Below, in pieces: positions 47,501-57,095 of a stretch of DNA of 64,000 bases. The stretch comes from Planctomycetota bacterium (GTDB taxonomy: Bacteria; Planctomycetota; UBA8108; SXIK01). The DNA lies in contig CBDCXR010000004.1 of NCBI GenBank assembly GCA_965223845.1, positions 4,000,001 to 4,064,000 of the forward strand, given 5' to 3'. Within the stretch, counting starts at the first letter, position 1, and each line of letters begins with the position of its first letter. The notes under the pieces were generated by a model. That model saw nothing but the letters and a program-made list of their open reading frames with translations. It ran no database searches and had not been told where the DNA came from. Made by a program: the position numbers and the translations under genes.

Positions 47501-49261
47501 CACGCCACTCGGCGCGCGGCCGAGGCGGCGGAGTCGACTCTGCTTCGGCGAATGGTGGACAGCCGCCTTGTTCTCCTCGAGACGCTCCTCGGACGTGAGC
47601 GAGCGGCACGGAACGCTTACCGAGCACTCGAGGAGACCCCCCGCTCGGGCGTCGAGCTCGCCGAAGCGTGGATCGACCTCTTCGCGGCGGTGGGCTCGGT
47701 ACTCGCGAAGCACCCAGCGGACGATCTCCTCGAGAGCGCGGAGCGCGTCTTTGCGCAGCTGTCGATTCCGTACGGAACGCGATACGTGCACCTGGCGCGT
47801 CTCGTTCAGAGCCTCCTCGCCGGGGACGAGTCGAAAATCTCGGAGCACGCGGCGGCCTGCGGTGGAGGCGAGAGCTCACCTCACGCGTTTCTTTCCGTAG
47901 CGGAGCCCCTCGCGCGAGGAGCGGCGTTTCTCGCGCTCGGACAACTCGAGTCGGCGGCGGTTTCTCTCTCGCACGCGAGCGGTGCGATCGTCGGAGCGCC
48001 GTTCGCCGAGCTCGACTGGTTTCTCGAGCTCCTCCATGCCCGCGTCGCGTCCGGGCGGAGCAGCGTCGTCGACGCGCGGCGTCACGTGCTGCGCAGCGTG
48101 CACACACGCGATGTCTTGGCGCAGCTCGTGCCCGAACGATTTCGCGATCGATTCCTCGCGCAGCGCCGGTTCGCGCCGCTCGACGAGCTCCTTTCCAGGC
48201 TCCAACGGACGCCTCGCCTCCACAGCTCTGCGGGACGCGGTCGATCCGAGGCGTACGAGGGCCTCGTCGGAGTTTCGAACGCACTCAAGGAAATCGTCGG
48301 ACGGATCGAGACGATGGAGGACAGCGATTTACCGGTCCTCATCACCGGCGAGACGGGGGTCGGCAAGGAGGCCGTCGCGCGCGCGCTCTACCGACGAAGC
48401 TGGCGTCGTGACGGCGGCTTTCAAGTGATTCACTGCGGCTCGATTCCGGAAGAGCTGTTCGAAGCGGAACTCTTCGGCTATCGGCGCGGTGCGTTTACTG
48501 GAGCCGAGGAAGACCGACCCGGCCTGCTCGAAAACTTGCGCGGAGGGACCATCCTCTTCGACGAAATCGGCGACCTTTCGCCGGTGTCGCAAGGGAAACT
48601 CGTTCGCGTCGTCGACTCGAGCGCGGTCAAGCGACTCGGAAGTGGGCGCGTCCATCCGCTCGACATCCGATTTCTGTTCAGCTCGAGTCGCGATCTCGAG
48701 GCGCTCGTCGAAACCGGACGTCTTCGCTCGAATCTCTACTACCGCGTGCGCGCTCTCGAGATTCCGGTGCCCCCCCTCCGCGAGCGCCGCGAGGACATTC
48801 GCGTGCTCGCGAATCACTTCGTAGAAAAGCACCGTGCATCGCTCGACCGCGAACGAGTCGAGCTGAGCGGAGACGCGGTCGAGCTTCTCCAGCGGCACGA
48901 CTGGCCCGGCAACATTCGCGAGCTCGAGAGCGTGATCATCCGGACGCTCATCCAGCGTCCCGGTGCGCTCGCGATCCGCGCATCGGACGTCGCGCTGGCC
49001 ACGCATGGCGGAGAGCGCGTCGAGCAACGCCCTGCGCGTCCGACCGCGAATCTTCTTTCTCGCGACCTGAAAGAGTGGGAGAGAGACTTGCGGCGAGATT
49101 ATCTCACCGAGCTCTTTCGTGCGACGCGAGGAAGCGTCACCGAAATGACACGTCGACTCGGCATCGCGCGCGCGACACTCTACGCGTGGCTAGGGGAAGC
49201 GGGGCTCAGTGTCGAATCGCTTCGCGCGAGACTCGAAGCAGACGATTCGCCCGAGGAGTGA
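44522..49261 (+). CDS. Ser/Thr kinase - STAND ATPase - TPR - sigma54 enhancer-binding protein (Fis-type HTH)
   Basis: Kinase LGSGSTGSVY, VALK, HMDLHAGN, DFG; STAND GKHGAGKT and VVLLDD; TPRs; bEBP GETGVGKE, GAFTGA, ILFDEIG, WPGNIREL; HTH LGIARATLY. Confidence 0.92.
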   Translation: MPSPQLRPKLIAGRYALRRKLGSGSTGSVYLAADTVAGRDVALKLLQSERIEASLTKQMQEEFLALVSLRHPQIARAYDFGYTENGAVPFYTREYIAGSPLTPGPPADESQRPEDFLAPILDALDALDHVHRRGILHMDLHAGNLIVADASSRGAILIDFGLVQPAGLERLSSSSATLGSLPPELFDGEAVTPLTDVYLAGRLLAYRLSGEVEGRPRLPKEIPGWGIRRTLDLERILSKALQLRPEQRFVSAAAFRDAIHSALGIERMSVRRRSGDDTKASDFVGREKPRRKIEESLERAAAGLPAVVWIAGKHGAGKTRLLAESRLRAQLRGLAVVEAAFAKRRDGNAVLVEAFRSSEPAGRSRWLEPLDPRHGGTPAQRAQRAAEACLAEPNAPLVVLLDDFEHADRESRLIGEALLAEAIRRERSPMSGRGVAILVATAQPSREFSKYTSTLRGLRPGEARALLAQVAAPAELPGRLVRAAVADGGGSPLRLRHIGVQLRAEWQRAGTLSHVRDIPPLELGPEASVEARKSLAETDRRVLDALAALDRSLTRDELACAVEIEPSAMRATLRRLTKRELVAGSGRPIRFRLLSSVAPSPAASTPKRELRAMHRRLASWMEARGCRDAREREHLARHVAASGRRGDGRKIALDAARELHDAGDLERATRLLEEFVGSENSPRNIFQLIEGLSPILDDLGDHERGIALIEPFLQQGGKKLRSTEIVRLQRRLGIHLHRAGFPDRAQVAFKRAIGRASKRNLEDLILIDSELAEIQIFDGSLDDAEAACRRGLARIGTGTGDPEFRGRMEVTLRASLGHIELRRLRPDRAKAELETGRRLSRRYSSTADQAAILHNLAVCSNQLNELERAREYFAEAQRLLAHAGDTRNEVKIATNLAVIASKLGDREESRAQIERAERLVRRYPGHRLEFFCFYSKGLAALLLGEADASIAAFDKALPLGRKLADEFLVRFGEVYLAEAALLRGRYAQARAQLHATRRAAEAAESTLLRRMVDSRLVLLETLLGRERAARNAYRALEETPRSGVELAEAWIDLFAAVGSVLAKHPADDLLESAERVFAQLSIPYGTRYVHLARLVQSLLAGDESKISEHAAACGGGESSPHAFLSVAEPLARGAAFLALGQLESAAVSLSHASGAIVGAPFAELDWFLELLHARVASGRSSVVDARRHVLRSVHTRDVLAQLVPERFRDRFLAQRRFAPLDELLSRLQRTPRLHSSAGRGRSEAYEGLVGVSNALKEIVGRIETMEDSDLPVLITGETGVGKEAVARALYRRSWRRDGGFQVIHCGSIPEELFEAELFGYRRGAFTGAEEDRPGLLENLRGGTILFDEIGDLSPVSQGKLVRVVDSSAVKRLGSGRVHPLDIRFLFSSSRDLEALVETGRLRSNLYYRVRALEIPVPPLRERREDIRVLANHFVEKHRASLDRERVELSGDAVELLQRHDWPGNIRELESVIIRTLIQRPGALAIRASDVALATHGGERVEQRPARPTANLLSRDLKEWERDLRRDYLTELFRATRGSVTEMTRRLGIARATLYAWLGEAGLSVESLRARLEADDSPEE

Positions 49262-49315
49262 TGGTAGAGCCAACACGACTTTCGACGAACGACGCGCGTC
49301 GACAAAGTGAATGAG

Positions 49316-49702
49316 TCAGAACATGCCATTGTCGTTCGCGGCTTCGTCGGGAACGACCTGCAAGACGTCCCAGTGCTCCACGATCTTACCCGCGTCGTCG
49401 AAGCGAAAGATGTCGATGCCGGCATAGTCGTGGTCGCCGGGCCATCGCTGGTGGCAGTGCAGGACGACCAAGTCGGCTTCGGCGACAGCCCGCTTGAATT
49501 CGACACGCTTGCCCGGGTATTCCGCGGCCATCTTCTCGAAGTAGTCGATAAACGCTTGTTTCCCGTCGGCGACCTCCGGGTTGTGTTGGATGTAGTCGTC
49601 GCCGACGAATTTCTCGACCGCCTCACGCGGCCGGCACTGATTGAACATCAAGTCGTAGAACGACATTGCGTTCTCTTTGAATTGTTCCGCGGTGCGCTCC
49701 AT
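49316..49702 (-). CDS. SnoaL-like / NTF2-family protein
   Basis: YIQHNP…DG…DIFRFD…GKIVEHWDVLQ. Confidence 0.9.
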   Translation of the reverse strand: MERTAEQFKENAMSFYDLMFNQCRPREAVEKFVGDDYIQHNPEVADGKQAFIDYFEKMAAEYPGKRVEFKRAVAEADLVVLHCHQRWPGDHDYAGIDIFRFDDAGKIVEHWDVLQVVPDEAANDNGMF

Positions 49703-49844
49703 CCGGCTCCTTCCGTGTGTGTCACGTTCGACGCAACGCGTGCTCTCTAGAGCGTCCGCGACCCGGCGAGCGGCCGGTCCTCGGAGCCCTTCACACGCCC
49801 AGTTCGTGCAGATCCGATACTTGGACCGACTCCGAGTCCTAGCC

Positions 49845-51086
49845 CTAGCCGATCGACGCCGCCTCGCGACGGGGGTACTTCGCGTCGACGTACTCGTCGA
49901 CGATGCGACGGAACTCTCCGCCGAGGAACTCGGGTGAGCCCTTCAAGTTTTTCACCCGCTTTCCGTCGATGTAGACGGGACAAGTCGGCTCCTCGCCCGT
50001 TCCGGGGAGGCTGATCCCGATGTTCGCCGCCTTCGACTCGCCCGGGCCGTTCACGATGCAGCCCATGACGGCGAGCGTCAGCTCCTCGACGCCCTCGTAG
50101 ATGCGTTTCCACTCGGGCATCTTGTCGCGGACGTAAGCTTGGATCTCCTCGGCGAGTTCCTGAAACACGGTGCTCGTCGTCCGGCCGCAGCCGGGGCAAG
50201 CAGTCACGCTCGGCGCGAACGCGCGCACGCCGAGCGACTGGAGGATCTCCTGCGCGGCGTACACCTCCTCGCGGCGGTCACCGTCGGGCTTGGGCGTGAG
50301 CGAGACGCGGATCGTATCGCCGATTCCCTCCGCGAGCAGGATCCCCATGCAGGTCGCGGACCAAATCCCGCCCTTCATTCCCATCCCTGCTTCCGTGAGG
50401 CCGAGGTGGAGCGGCTGGTCGGTCTTTCGAGACAGCTCCCGGTAGAGATCGACGAGAAGAGTCGGGCGAGAGATCTTGCACGAAATGATGATCTGGTCGG
50501 GTCTCAGACCGCATTCGAGCGCGAGCTCGGTCGAGCGGAGCGCCGATTCAACCATGCACTCCGCGAGGATTTGCTCGGAGTCGAGTCCGAGGTCCTTCGC
50601 GGTGTTCTCTTCCATCTTCGCGACGACCAAGTCCTGGTCGAGGCTTCCTGCGTTGACGCCGATTCGAACCGGCTTCTCGTTTTCGATGGCGACCGAGCAG
50701 ATTTCGGAGAACTGCTGATCGCGGCGGTCGCCTTTGCCGACGTTCCCCGGGTTGATCCGGTACTTCGCGAGCGCGCGAGCACACTCCGGGTGCTGTCGGA
50801 GGAGCTGATGGCCGTTGTAGTGGAAGTCTCCGACGAGGGGGACGTCGCAGCCGCCGTCCGCGAGCCGGCGCTGAATCTCCGGCACGGCGCGAGCGGCCTC
50901 GACGTGGTTGACGGTGATGCGGACGAGCTCCGATCCCGCCTCCCAAAGCTCGCGCGCCTGTTTGACGGTGGACTCGATGTCCGCGGTGTCGGTGTTCGAC
51001 ATCGACTGGACGACCACCGGCGCTCCCCCACCGACTCGGACGCCGCCGACGTCAACTCCGATCGTCTCGCGACGCTTCCATTCCAT
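49845..51086 (-). CDS. ispG: (E)-4-hydroxy-3-methylbut-2-enyl-diphosphate synthase
   Basis: [60 protein letters not shown]. Start ATG 51086. Confidence 0.97.
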   Translation of the reverse strand: MEWKRRETIGVDVGGVRVGGGAPVVVQSMSNTDTADIESTVKQARELWEAGSELVRITVNHVEAARAVPEIQRRLADGGCDVPLVGDFHYNGHQLLRQHPECARALAKYRINPGNVGKGDRRDQQFSEICSVAIENEKPVRIGVNAGSLDQDLVVAKMEENTAKDLGLDSEQILAECMVESALRSTELALECGLRPDQIIISCKISRPTLLVDLYRELSRKTDQPLHLGLTEAGMGMKGGIWSATCMGILLAEGIGDTIRVSLTPKPDGDRREEVYAAQEILQSLGVRAFAPSVTACPGCGRTTSTVFQELAEEIQAYVRDKMPEWKRIYEGVEELTLAVMGCIVNGPGESKAANIGISLPGTGEEPTCPVYIDGKRVKNLKGSPEFLGGEFRRIVDEYVDAKYPRREAASIG

Positions 51087-51343
51087 TCCGTCGTCTCCTC
51101 TCCCGGACTTCGTCGGGGGGCTCGCGGCCGACGACGATCGGGACCGTCCCGATCGGTCGAACATCGGAGCGTACACAGCGCATTGTAGACGTCTCGCGAC
51201 ACGATGTGGAGAGCGGCGGGACGTCGAAGTCACCCTCGCATCCGCCGCCGCTCAAATCCTCGGCCGAGGCAAAAAAGAACCGGGCCTCGATCGAAGGACT
51301 CGACCGAGACCCGGTACTCGTAGTCGCCGTTACGGCGCGCGGA

Positions 51344-53833
51344 CTACTTCTTCGCAGCCGGCCCGTTCGGACCAGCTTCGAGCAGGCCGCGAGCCTTGCC
51401 GAGCGCTGCGGCGGCCTCGCGCATCACCGCGAACTGCGCTTCGGCTCGCTTCTTCGCCTCGCCCACATCGACGCCCTTCGCAAAGGCCGGGTCGGCGCTG
51501 ACGAGCTTGAAGAGGTGAGCATCGAGCTCGACGAGGACGTTAAGGCCGTCCGCGAGAGCGATCGCCGTCTTCGGAATGAGCGCGATCGCCTGGTTGCTCG
51601 CAAGGAGCTCACCGACGCGCTTCTGAAGAGCACCGCGGTCCTTCTCGGAAAGCGCGGCGTACTCGGCCGGCGCCTTATCCCACGACGCCGAGATCTTCTG
51701 CATTTCCGCGCAGAGCGACTGGAGGCAGACGCCCTTCTTCGCGGGAGCAGCCGGCTTCGCGCTCGCGGCGACCGCTGCGCTGATCAGCTTCGCAGCGCTC
51801 TTCTCGCAGCCCGCCGACTTCACCTTCGCGACGAGAGACGCGGCCGTCTTCTCGCAAGCGATGCCAGTCTTCGATGCCACGAGCTTCGCAGCGCTCTTCG
51901 CGCAGCCTTCCTTGCGGACAGCAACCGCCAGCTCGGCGGCACCCTTCTCGCACAGGCTCGACTTCTTCGCCGTGGCGACCGTCTGCTTCTTCGACGCGCA
52001 GGCCTTCTCGCACGCTTCCTTCGAAGCCGCAGCCGGCTTCGCGCTCGCGGCGACAGCTGCGCTGATCAGCTTCGCAGCACTCTTCTCGCAGCCTGCCGAC
52101 TTCACCTTCGCGACGAGAGACGCGGCCGTCTTCTCGCAAGCGATGCCAGCCTTCGATGCCACGAGCTTCGCAGCGCTCTTCGCGCAGCCTTCCTTGCGGA
52201 CGGCAACCGCCAGCTCGGCGGCACCCTTCTCGCACAGGCTCGACTTCTTCGCCGTGGCGACCGTCTGCTTCTTCGACGCGCAGGCCTTCTCGCACGCTTC
52301 CTTCGAAGCCGCAGCCGGCTTCGCGCTCGCGGCGACAGCTGCGCTGATCAGCTTCGCAGCGCTCTTCTCGCAGCCTGCCGACTTCACCTTCGCGACGAGA
52401 GACGCGGCCGTCTTCTCGCAAGCGATGCCAGCCTTCGATGCCACGAGCTTCGCAGCGCTCTTCGCGCAGCCTTCCTTGCGGACGGCAACCGCCAGCTCGG
52501 CGGCACCCTTCTCGCACAGGCTCGACTTCTTCGCCGTGGCGACCGTCTGCTTCTTCGACGCGCAGGCCTTCTCGCACGCTTCCTTCGAAGCCGCAGCCGG
52601 CTTCGCGCTCGCGGCGACAGCTGCGCTGATCAGCTTCGCAGCGCTCTTCTCGCAGCCTGCCGACTTCACCTTCGCGACGAGAGACGCGGCCGTCTTCTCG
52701 CAAGCGATGCCAGCCTTCGATGCCACGAGCTTCGCAGCGCTCTTCGCGCAGCCTTCCTTGCGGACGGCAACCGCCAGCTCGGCGGCACCCTTCTCGCACA
52801 GGCTCGACTTCTTCGCCGTGGCGACCGTCTGCTTCTTCGACGCGCAGGCCTTCTCGCACGCTTCCTTCGAAGCCGCAGCCGGCTTCGCGCTCGCGGCGAC
52901 AGCTGCGCTGATCAGCTTCGCAGCGCTCTTCTCGCAGCCTGCCGACTTCACCTTCGCGACGAGAGACGCGGCCGTCTTCTCGCAAGCGATGCCAGCCTTC
53001 GATGCCACGAGCTTCGCAGCGCTCTTCGCGCAGCCTTCCTTGCGGACGGCAACCGCCAGCTCGGCGGCACCCTTCTCGCACAGGCTCGACTTCTTCGCCG
53101 TGGCGACCGTCTGCTTCTTCGACGCGCAGGCCTTCTCGCACGCTTCCTTCGAAGCCGCAGCCGGCTTCGCGCTCGCGGCGACAGCTGCGCTGATCAGCTT
53201 CGCAGCGCTCTTCTCGCAGCCTGCCGACTTCACCTTCGCGACGAGAGACGCGGCCGTCTTCTCGCAAGCGATGCCAGCCTTCGATGCCACGAGCTTCGCA
53301 GCGCTCTTCGCGCAGCCTTCCTTGCGGACGGCAACCGCCAGCTCGGCGGCACCCTTCTCGCACAGGCTCGACTTCGCTGCCGCGAGACTCTTCTTCGAGT
53401 CACACGCCTTCGCGCAATCACCGCTCATCGCGGTCGCGCTGTAGGAGGCGAGCTTGTGGAGCGACGAGAGGAGCTTCGAGCGCGCCTGCATCGCTTCGGC
53501 GAGCTTGGCGTCGCTGAGCTCGATCCCCTTCGCCTTGCACTCGGCTTCGGTCGCGATCGCCGACGCGAGCGCTTTCTCGACCGCAGCGAGGGTCCCGCCG
53601 AGGCGGGAACCGATCGGGCACCCAGCCGCCGTTTCCTTCACAGAGGCGGCGAGCTTCGTCTTTTCTTCAGCCGAGAGACTCCCCAGCGATTGAATCGCCG
53701 CGTCCCACTTGCCGATGAGGGCAGAGAGCGCTTCCTGAGTCGAGCTGAGCTTGGCGCAACAAGGACCATCGGCGCGCGCGACCGGCGCCAAGGCCAACGA
53801 AAGCAAAAGAGCACTGAGCACTGAGAAGCGCAT
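51344..53833 (-). CDS. Secreted Ala/Lys/Cys-rich tandem-repeat protein
   Basis: Signal peptide MRFSVLSALLLSLALAPVARA from ATG 53833 after GGAGG; 94-aa repeats; this frame has the expected G/C third-position bias. Confidence 0.85.
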   Translation of the reverse strand: MRFSVLSALLLSLALAPVARADGPCCAKLSSTQEALSALIGKWDAAIQSLGSLSAEEKTKLAASVKETAAGCPIGSRLGGTLAAVEKALASAIATEAECKAKGIELSDAKLAEAMQARSKLLSSLHKLASYSATAMSGDCAKACDSKKSLAAAKSSLCEKGAAELAVAVRKEGCAKSAAKLVASKAGIACEKTAASLVAKVKSAGCEKSAAKLISAAVAASAKPAAASKEACEKACASKKQTVATAKKSSLCEKGAAELAVAVRKEGCAKSAAKLVASKAGIACEKTAASLVAKVKSAGCEKSAAKLISAAVAASAKPAAASKEACEKACASKKQTVATAKKSSLCEKGAAELAVAVRKEGCAKSAAKLVASKAGIACEKTAASLVAKVKSAGCEKSAAKLISAAVAASAKPAAASKEACEKACASKKQTVATAKKSSLCEKGAAELAVAVRKEGCAKSAAKLVASKAGIACEKTAASLVAKVKSAGCEKSAAKLISAAVAASAKPAAASKEACEKACASKKQTVATAKKSSLCEKGAAELAVAVRKEGCAKSAAKLVASKAGIACEKTAASLVAKVKSAGCEKSAAKLISAAVAASAKPAAASKEACEKACASKKQTVATAKKSSLCEKGAAELAVAVRKEGCAKSAAKLVASKTGIACEKTAASLVAKVKSAGCEKSAAKLISAAVAASAKPAAPAKKGVCLQSLCAEMQKISASWDKAPAEYAALSEKDRGALQKRVGELLASNQAIALIPKTAIALADGLNVLVELDAHLFKLVSADPAFAKGVDVGEAKKRAEAQFAVMREAAAALGKARGLLEAGPNGPAAKK
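51747..53375. repeat. 282-bp tandem repeat, about 5.8 near-identical copies (intragenic)
   Basis: Identical shadow ORFs recur every 282 bp (51874, 52156, 52438, 52720, 53002, 53284); only a few substitutions, in the leftmost copies. Confidence 0.97.
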
Positions 53834-54513
53834 GTGACCTCCGAGACGAGAAACGAACTCGCGAATGCGACCGAACTGCGACCGAGGCATCTGGTATCCG
53901 GAGATCCACTCCGGAGGATTCGCGCCGCGGAAAGATGGCCGAATTCAACTCACGTTCAAAAACCCAAACTTCCTGCAACCTCCGACGTACCCGGCAACGG
54001 CTCGAAATCGTGATTCGACCGAGTTTGTCGGACTTCCTCGAGAAGAGTACCCCGTAGGGCGGGCGAAATCGGAAACGACCGCCGAGAATCTCACTGCCCC
54101 GCGGAGCACCCAACGGACACAAACCCCGTAAAGAGTATCCGGCGAGCGTCGCCGCTCGAAGAAGATTCCTGTTCGGGCCGTGGCCCACCCGGCCCTTCCG
54201 AGAGAGCAGTTCGAGAAGACTTTTTTCGGCCAACGAAGACTCCTCGGAATTGGATCCCCGAGATCCTGAAAAACTCGCAAAAAATGCGCCGGTTTTCGTC
54301 CCCGGCGCCGGCGCAGCCCCGATTCCGGGGCCGCATCGGGGCGGGGCGCCCGCACCACCTCGGTCGCGGGCTGGACGGGAGGGTTCGGTTTTCGGTAGGA
54401 CTACGCGCCGGATTCCCGTTGCGGAGCCTCCTTCCGGGGGCGCCTACCCCTCGCGGAATCGCCGAAGAACCGCCGGTTCGGCAAGTTCGTTCGCCGAGAA
54501 GAGGACGTCGAGT

Positions 54514-55509
54514 TTGCTCTACGAAAAACTGCTTCGCCGTGTGCTCTTTCGCCTGGACGCGGAGCGAGCCCACCACCTCGTTCTCGGCCTCCTGGCGCGG
54601 ACCCCGCTCTCGTCGCTCGTCCGCGGCCGCGGCTCGGAGACCCGCGATCCGTTCCGCCAGTGGGGGCTCGTGTTCGGCAATCGCCTCGGACTGGCGGCGG
54701 GATTCGACAAGAACGCGGCCGCTCTCCCCGCGTGGAGGGCGCTGGGATTCGGCTTCGTCGAGATCGGCACGGTCACGCGCCACCCGCAGCCCGGTAATCC
54801 GAAGCCGCGAGTCTTTCGGTGCCCGACCGAGCGCGGTCTCATCAATCGTCTCGGGTTTCCGAACGACGGGGCTCAAGTGATCGCCAACCGCCTCCTTCGC
54901 TTTCGCGAGAGCGGCCCCGAGGAGTTTCCCGTAGGCGCGAATATCGGAAAGTCGAAGGTCACGCCGAACGACGCCGCCGAAGAGGATTACCTCTTCTCCT
55001 TGCGCACGCTGTACGAGGGCGCCGACTTCTTCGTCGTCAACGTCAGCTCGCCGAACACGCCGGGCCTCCGCGATCTGCAGTCGCCCGAGCTCCTCGGCCC
55101 GATTCTCCGCTCGCTTCGCGATGCCAACGCGGAACGGGACGCGAAACCGCTCCTCGTCAAGATCGCGCCCGACCTAACGGACGCTCAAATCAAAGAGATC
55201 GTCGCGCTGGTCCGCGAGGTCGGTCTCGACGGCGTCGTCGCGACGAACACGACCATCGATCACAGCGCCGTGAGTCTCGACGAAAAAGGCGGGCTGAGCG
55301 GGCGCCCCCTGACTGCGAAAAGCACGGACGTCATCCGCACGATCCGCGAGCAGAGCGACGGAGAGCTCCCGATCGTCGGCGTCGGCGGAGTCTTCACCGC
55401 CGCAGACTACCGGGAGAAGCTCGAGGCGGGTGCGTCGCTCGTCGAGCTGTACACGGGGTTCGTGTACGAGGGTCCGCGGGTGGTGGGACGGATCCTCTCC
55501 GGGGGTTAG
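54514..55509 (+). CDS. pyrD: Quinone-dependent dihydroorotate dehydrogenase (type 2)
   Basis: GLAAGFDKN, GTVT, QPGNPKPR, INRLGFPN, NVSSPNTPGLR, KIAPDL, TNTT, GGLSG. Probable start is the TTG at 54514. Confidence 0.96.
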   Translation: MLYEKLLRRVLFRLDAERAHHLVLGLLARTPLSSLVRGRGSETRDPFRQWGLVFGNRLGLAAGFDKNAAALPAWRALGFGFVEIGTVTRHPQPGNPKPRVFRCPTERGLINRLGFPNDGAQVIANRLLRFRESGPEEFPVGANIGKSKVTPNDAAEEDYLFSLRTLYEGADFFVVNVSSPNTPGLRDLQSPELLGPILRSLRDANAERDAKPLLVKIAPDLTDAQIKEIVALVREVGLDGVVATNTTIDHSAVSLDEKGGLSGRPLTAKSTDVIRTIREQSDGELPIVGVGGVFTAADYREKLEAGASLVELYTGFVYEGPRVVGRILSGG

Positions 55510-55703
55510 AGAGCCCCCGCAAGAGTTGGATTCAGCCAGAAAACGGTCCTCTCGAACGGCCTCTTCCTCGCGAATCCTAAACGATCCCGCCGGAATCGCC
55601 TGCGGTTCGCCTCGCGATGCCGTCCGAGATGCCCCGTTCTCGGCGGCGAACCAGTTCGTGCGCAGGCGCCTAGGGCGTTCTCGCCGGGCCGGGAGGAGTT
55701 CTA

Positions 55704-57062
55704 CTACCCCAGCTCGGGTAGCGGCTGCCGATTGTCGTCGACGAGGTACTGCGGGCGACCCGAGAGATCGGTGATCGTCGTCGTGTTCACGTCGATCCCG
55801 ACGTTCTTGTAGAGCGTCGCTAGTACTTCTTGGAAGTGGACCGGACGATCGACCGCCTCGCCGCCGAGACGATCCGTCGCGCCGATGACTTGACCGGTTC
55901 GCATTCCCCCGCACGCGAGCAGCGCGCAGCTCACGCGCGGCCAGTGATCCCGTCCGGCGCTCTTGTTGATCTTCGGCGTCCGGCCGAACTCGCCCCAGAC
56001 GCAGACCGAGACGTCCTTGTCGAGTCCGCGCTGGTGGAGATCCTCGACGAGAGCGGAGACGCCCTGGTCGAGCATCGGGAAATCCTGACGTGCGCGGTTG
56101 AAGTTCCCGCCGTGCCAATCCCATCGGCTGAACGCGAGTGAAACGCAGCGTACTCCGGCCTCGACGAGACGGCGCGCGAGCAGAAACTGATCGAGAAGGC
56201 GCGGTCCGCCGTCGGCCATCTTCTTCGCCGAGCCGCGGCCGTAACGATCACGGAGGCGCGGGTCTTCGCGGTCGAGATCCATCGCATCGGCGAGACGGCT
56301 CGACGTGAGGACACCGAACGCCTGCGACTGGAACTCGTCGAGTCCGCGCACGAGCCCGGACGCGTCGGCCTCACGGCGGAACCGATCGAAGCTCGTCAGA
56401 AGGGATCGACGATTCGTGAGCCGATCCAGCGAGACGCCGTTGAGGACCATGTCCTCGCGGCCGTCGCCTTCCGGTCGGAAGGGCGCGAACGCCGGCCCGA
56501 GAAACCCGGGCTGGCCATTGTCACTCCAGGGCTTGTGTCCCATCGGCGGTGCGAGCCCAACGAAGGGCGGCATCGACGGATGCGCCGCGCCCTCGAGCTT
56601 GGCGATGGTCGAACCGTAGCACGGCCAGCCGCCCTGCGGCTGAGGCGCGCGTCCGGTGCGCCCGCTGTAGCACTGAACCGAGTAGTGCCCTCCCGTCGCG
56701 CCGACGATCGAACGGATCACGGCCAGCTTGTCGGCGATGCCGGCGAGCCGCGGGAAGAGCTCGCACATCTGCATGCCGGGGACGTTCGCCTCGATCGGGC
56801 GGAACTCGCCGCGAGTTTCCGACGGCGCGTCCATCTTCAGATCGAACATGTCCTGATGCGGCGGGCCGCCCGGAAGGAAGATCATGATGATCGACTTGTG
56901 ACGGCGCTCGCCCGGGGCTGCCGAGCTCGTCTTCGCTTCGGCGCGAAGGACGTCGGCCATCGAGAGTCCACCTACCGCCAGCCCCCCGATCCGGAGAAAC
57001 GACCGCCGGGAGAATCCGTCGCAGAACCGGTCACGCGTAGCGTCGCCGTAGATGCTGAGCAT
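55704..57062 (-). CDS. DUF1501-domain protein (Tat signal), paralog B
   Basis: [47 protein letters not shown]. Confidence 0.92.
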   Translation of the reverse strand: MLSIYGDATRDRFCDGFSRRSFLRIGGLAVGGLSMADVLRAEAKTSSAAPGERRHKSIIMIFLPGGPPHQDMFDLKMDAPSETRGEFRPIEANVPGMQMCELFPRLAGIADKLAVIRSIVGATGGHYSVQCYSGRTGRAPQPQGGWPCYGSTIAKLEGAAHPSMPPFVGLAPPMGHKPWSDNGQPGFLGPAFAPFRPEGDGREDMVLNGVSLDRLTNRRSLLTSFDRFRREADASGLVRGLDEFQSQAFGVLTSSRLADAMDLDREDPRLRDRYGRGSAKKMADGGPRLLDQFLLARRLVEAGVRCVSLAFSRWDWHGGNFNRARQDFPMLDQGVSALVEDLHQRGLDKDVSVCVWGEFGRTPKINKSAGRDHWPRVSCALLACGGMRTGQVIGATDRLGGEAVDRPVHFQEVLATLYKNVGIDVNTTTITDLSGRPQYLVDDNRQPLPELG

Positions 57063-57095
57063 CGTGAGTCCCCCTTCGGACACGATCGAATCAGA

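Noticed and set aside
51747-53375. 282-bp repeats as a CRISPR array or mobile element
   Set aside because: No unique spacers; the period is a multiple of 3 and lies in frame inside a signal-peptide-bearing gene.
51206-53824. Long alternative-frame ORFs over the repeat (872, 562 and 527 aa)
   Set aside because: Stop-free frames propagated by the repeat; only the minus frame ending at 51344 has an RBS, a signal peptide and normal codon bias.
53890-54510. Long intergenic region between the repeat gene and pyrD as a riboswitch or ncRNA
   Set aside because: No recognisable conserved RNA motif; the N-terminal extension of the pyrD ORF is low-complexity and probably not translated. An Rfam scan would settle it.
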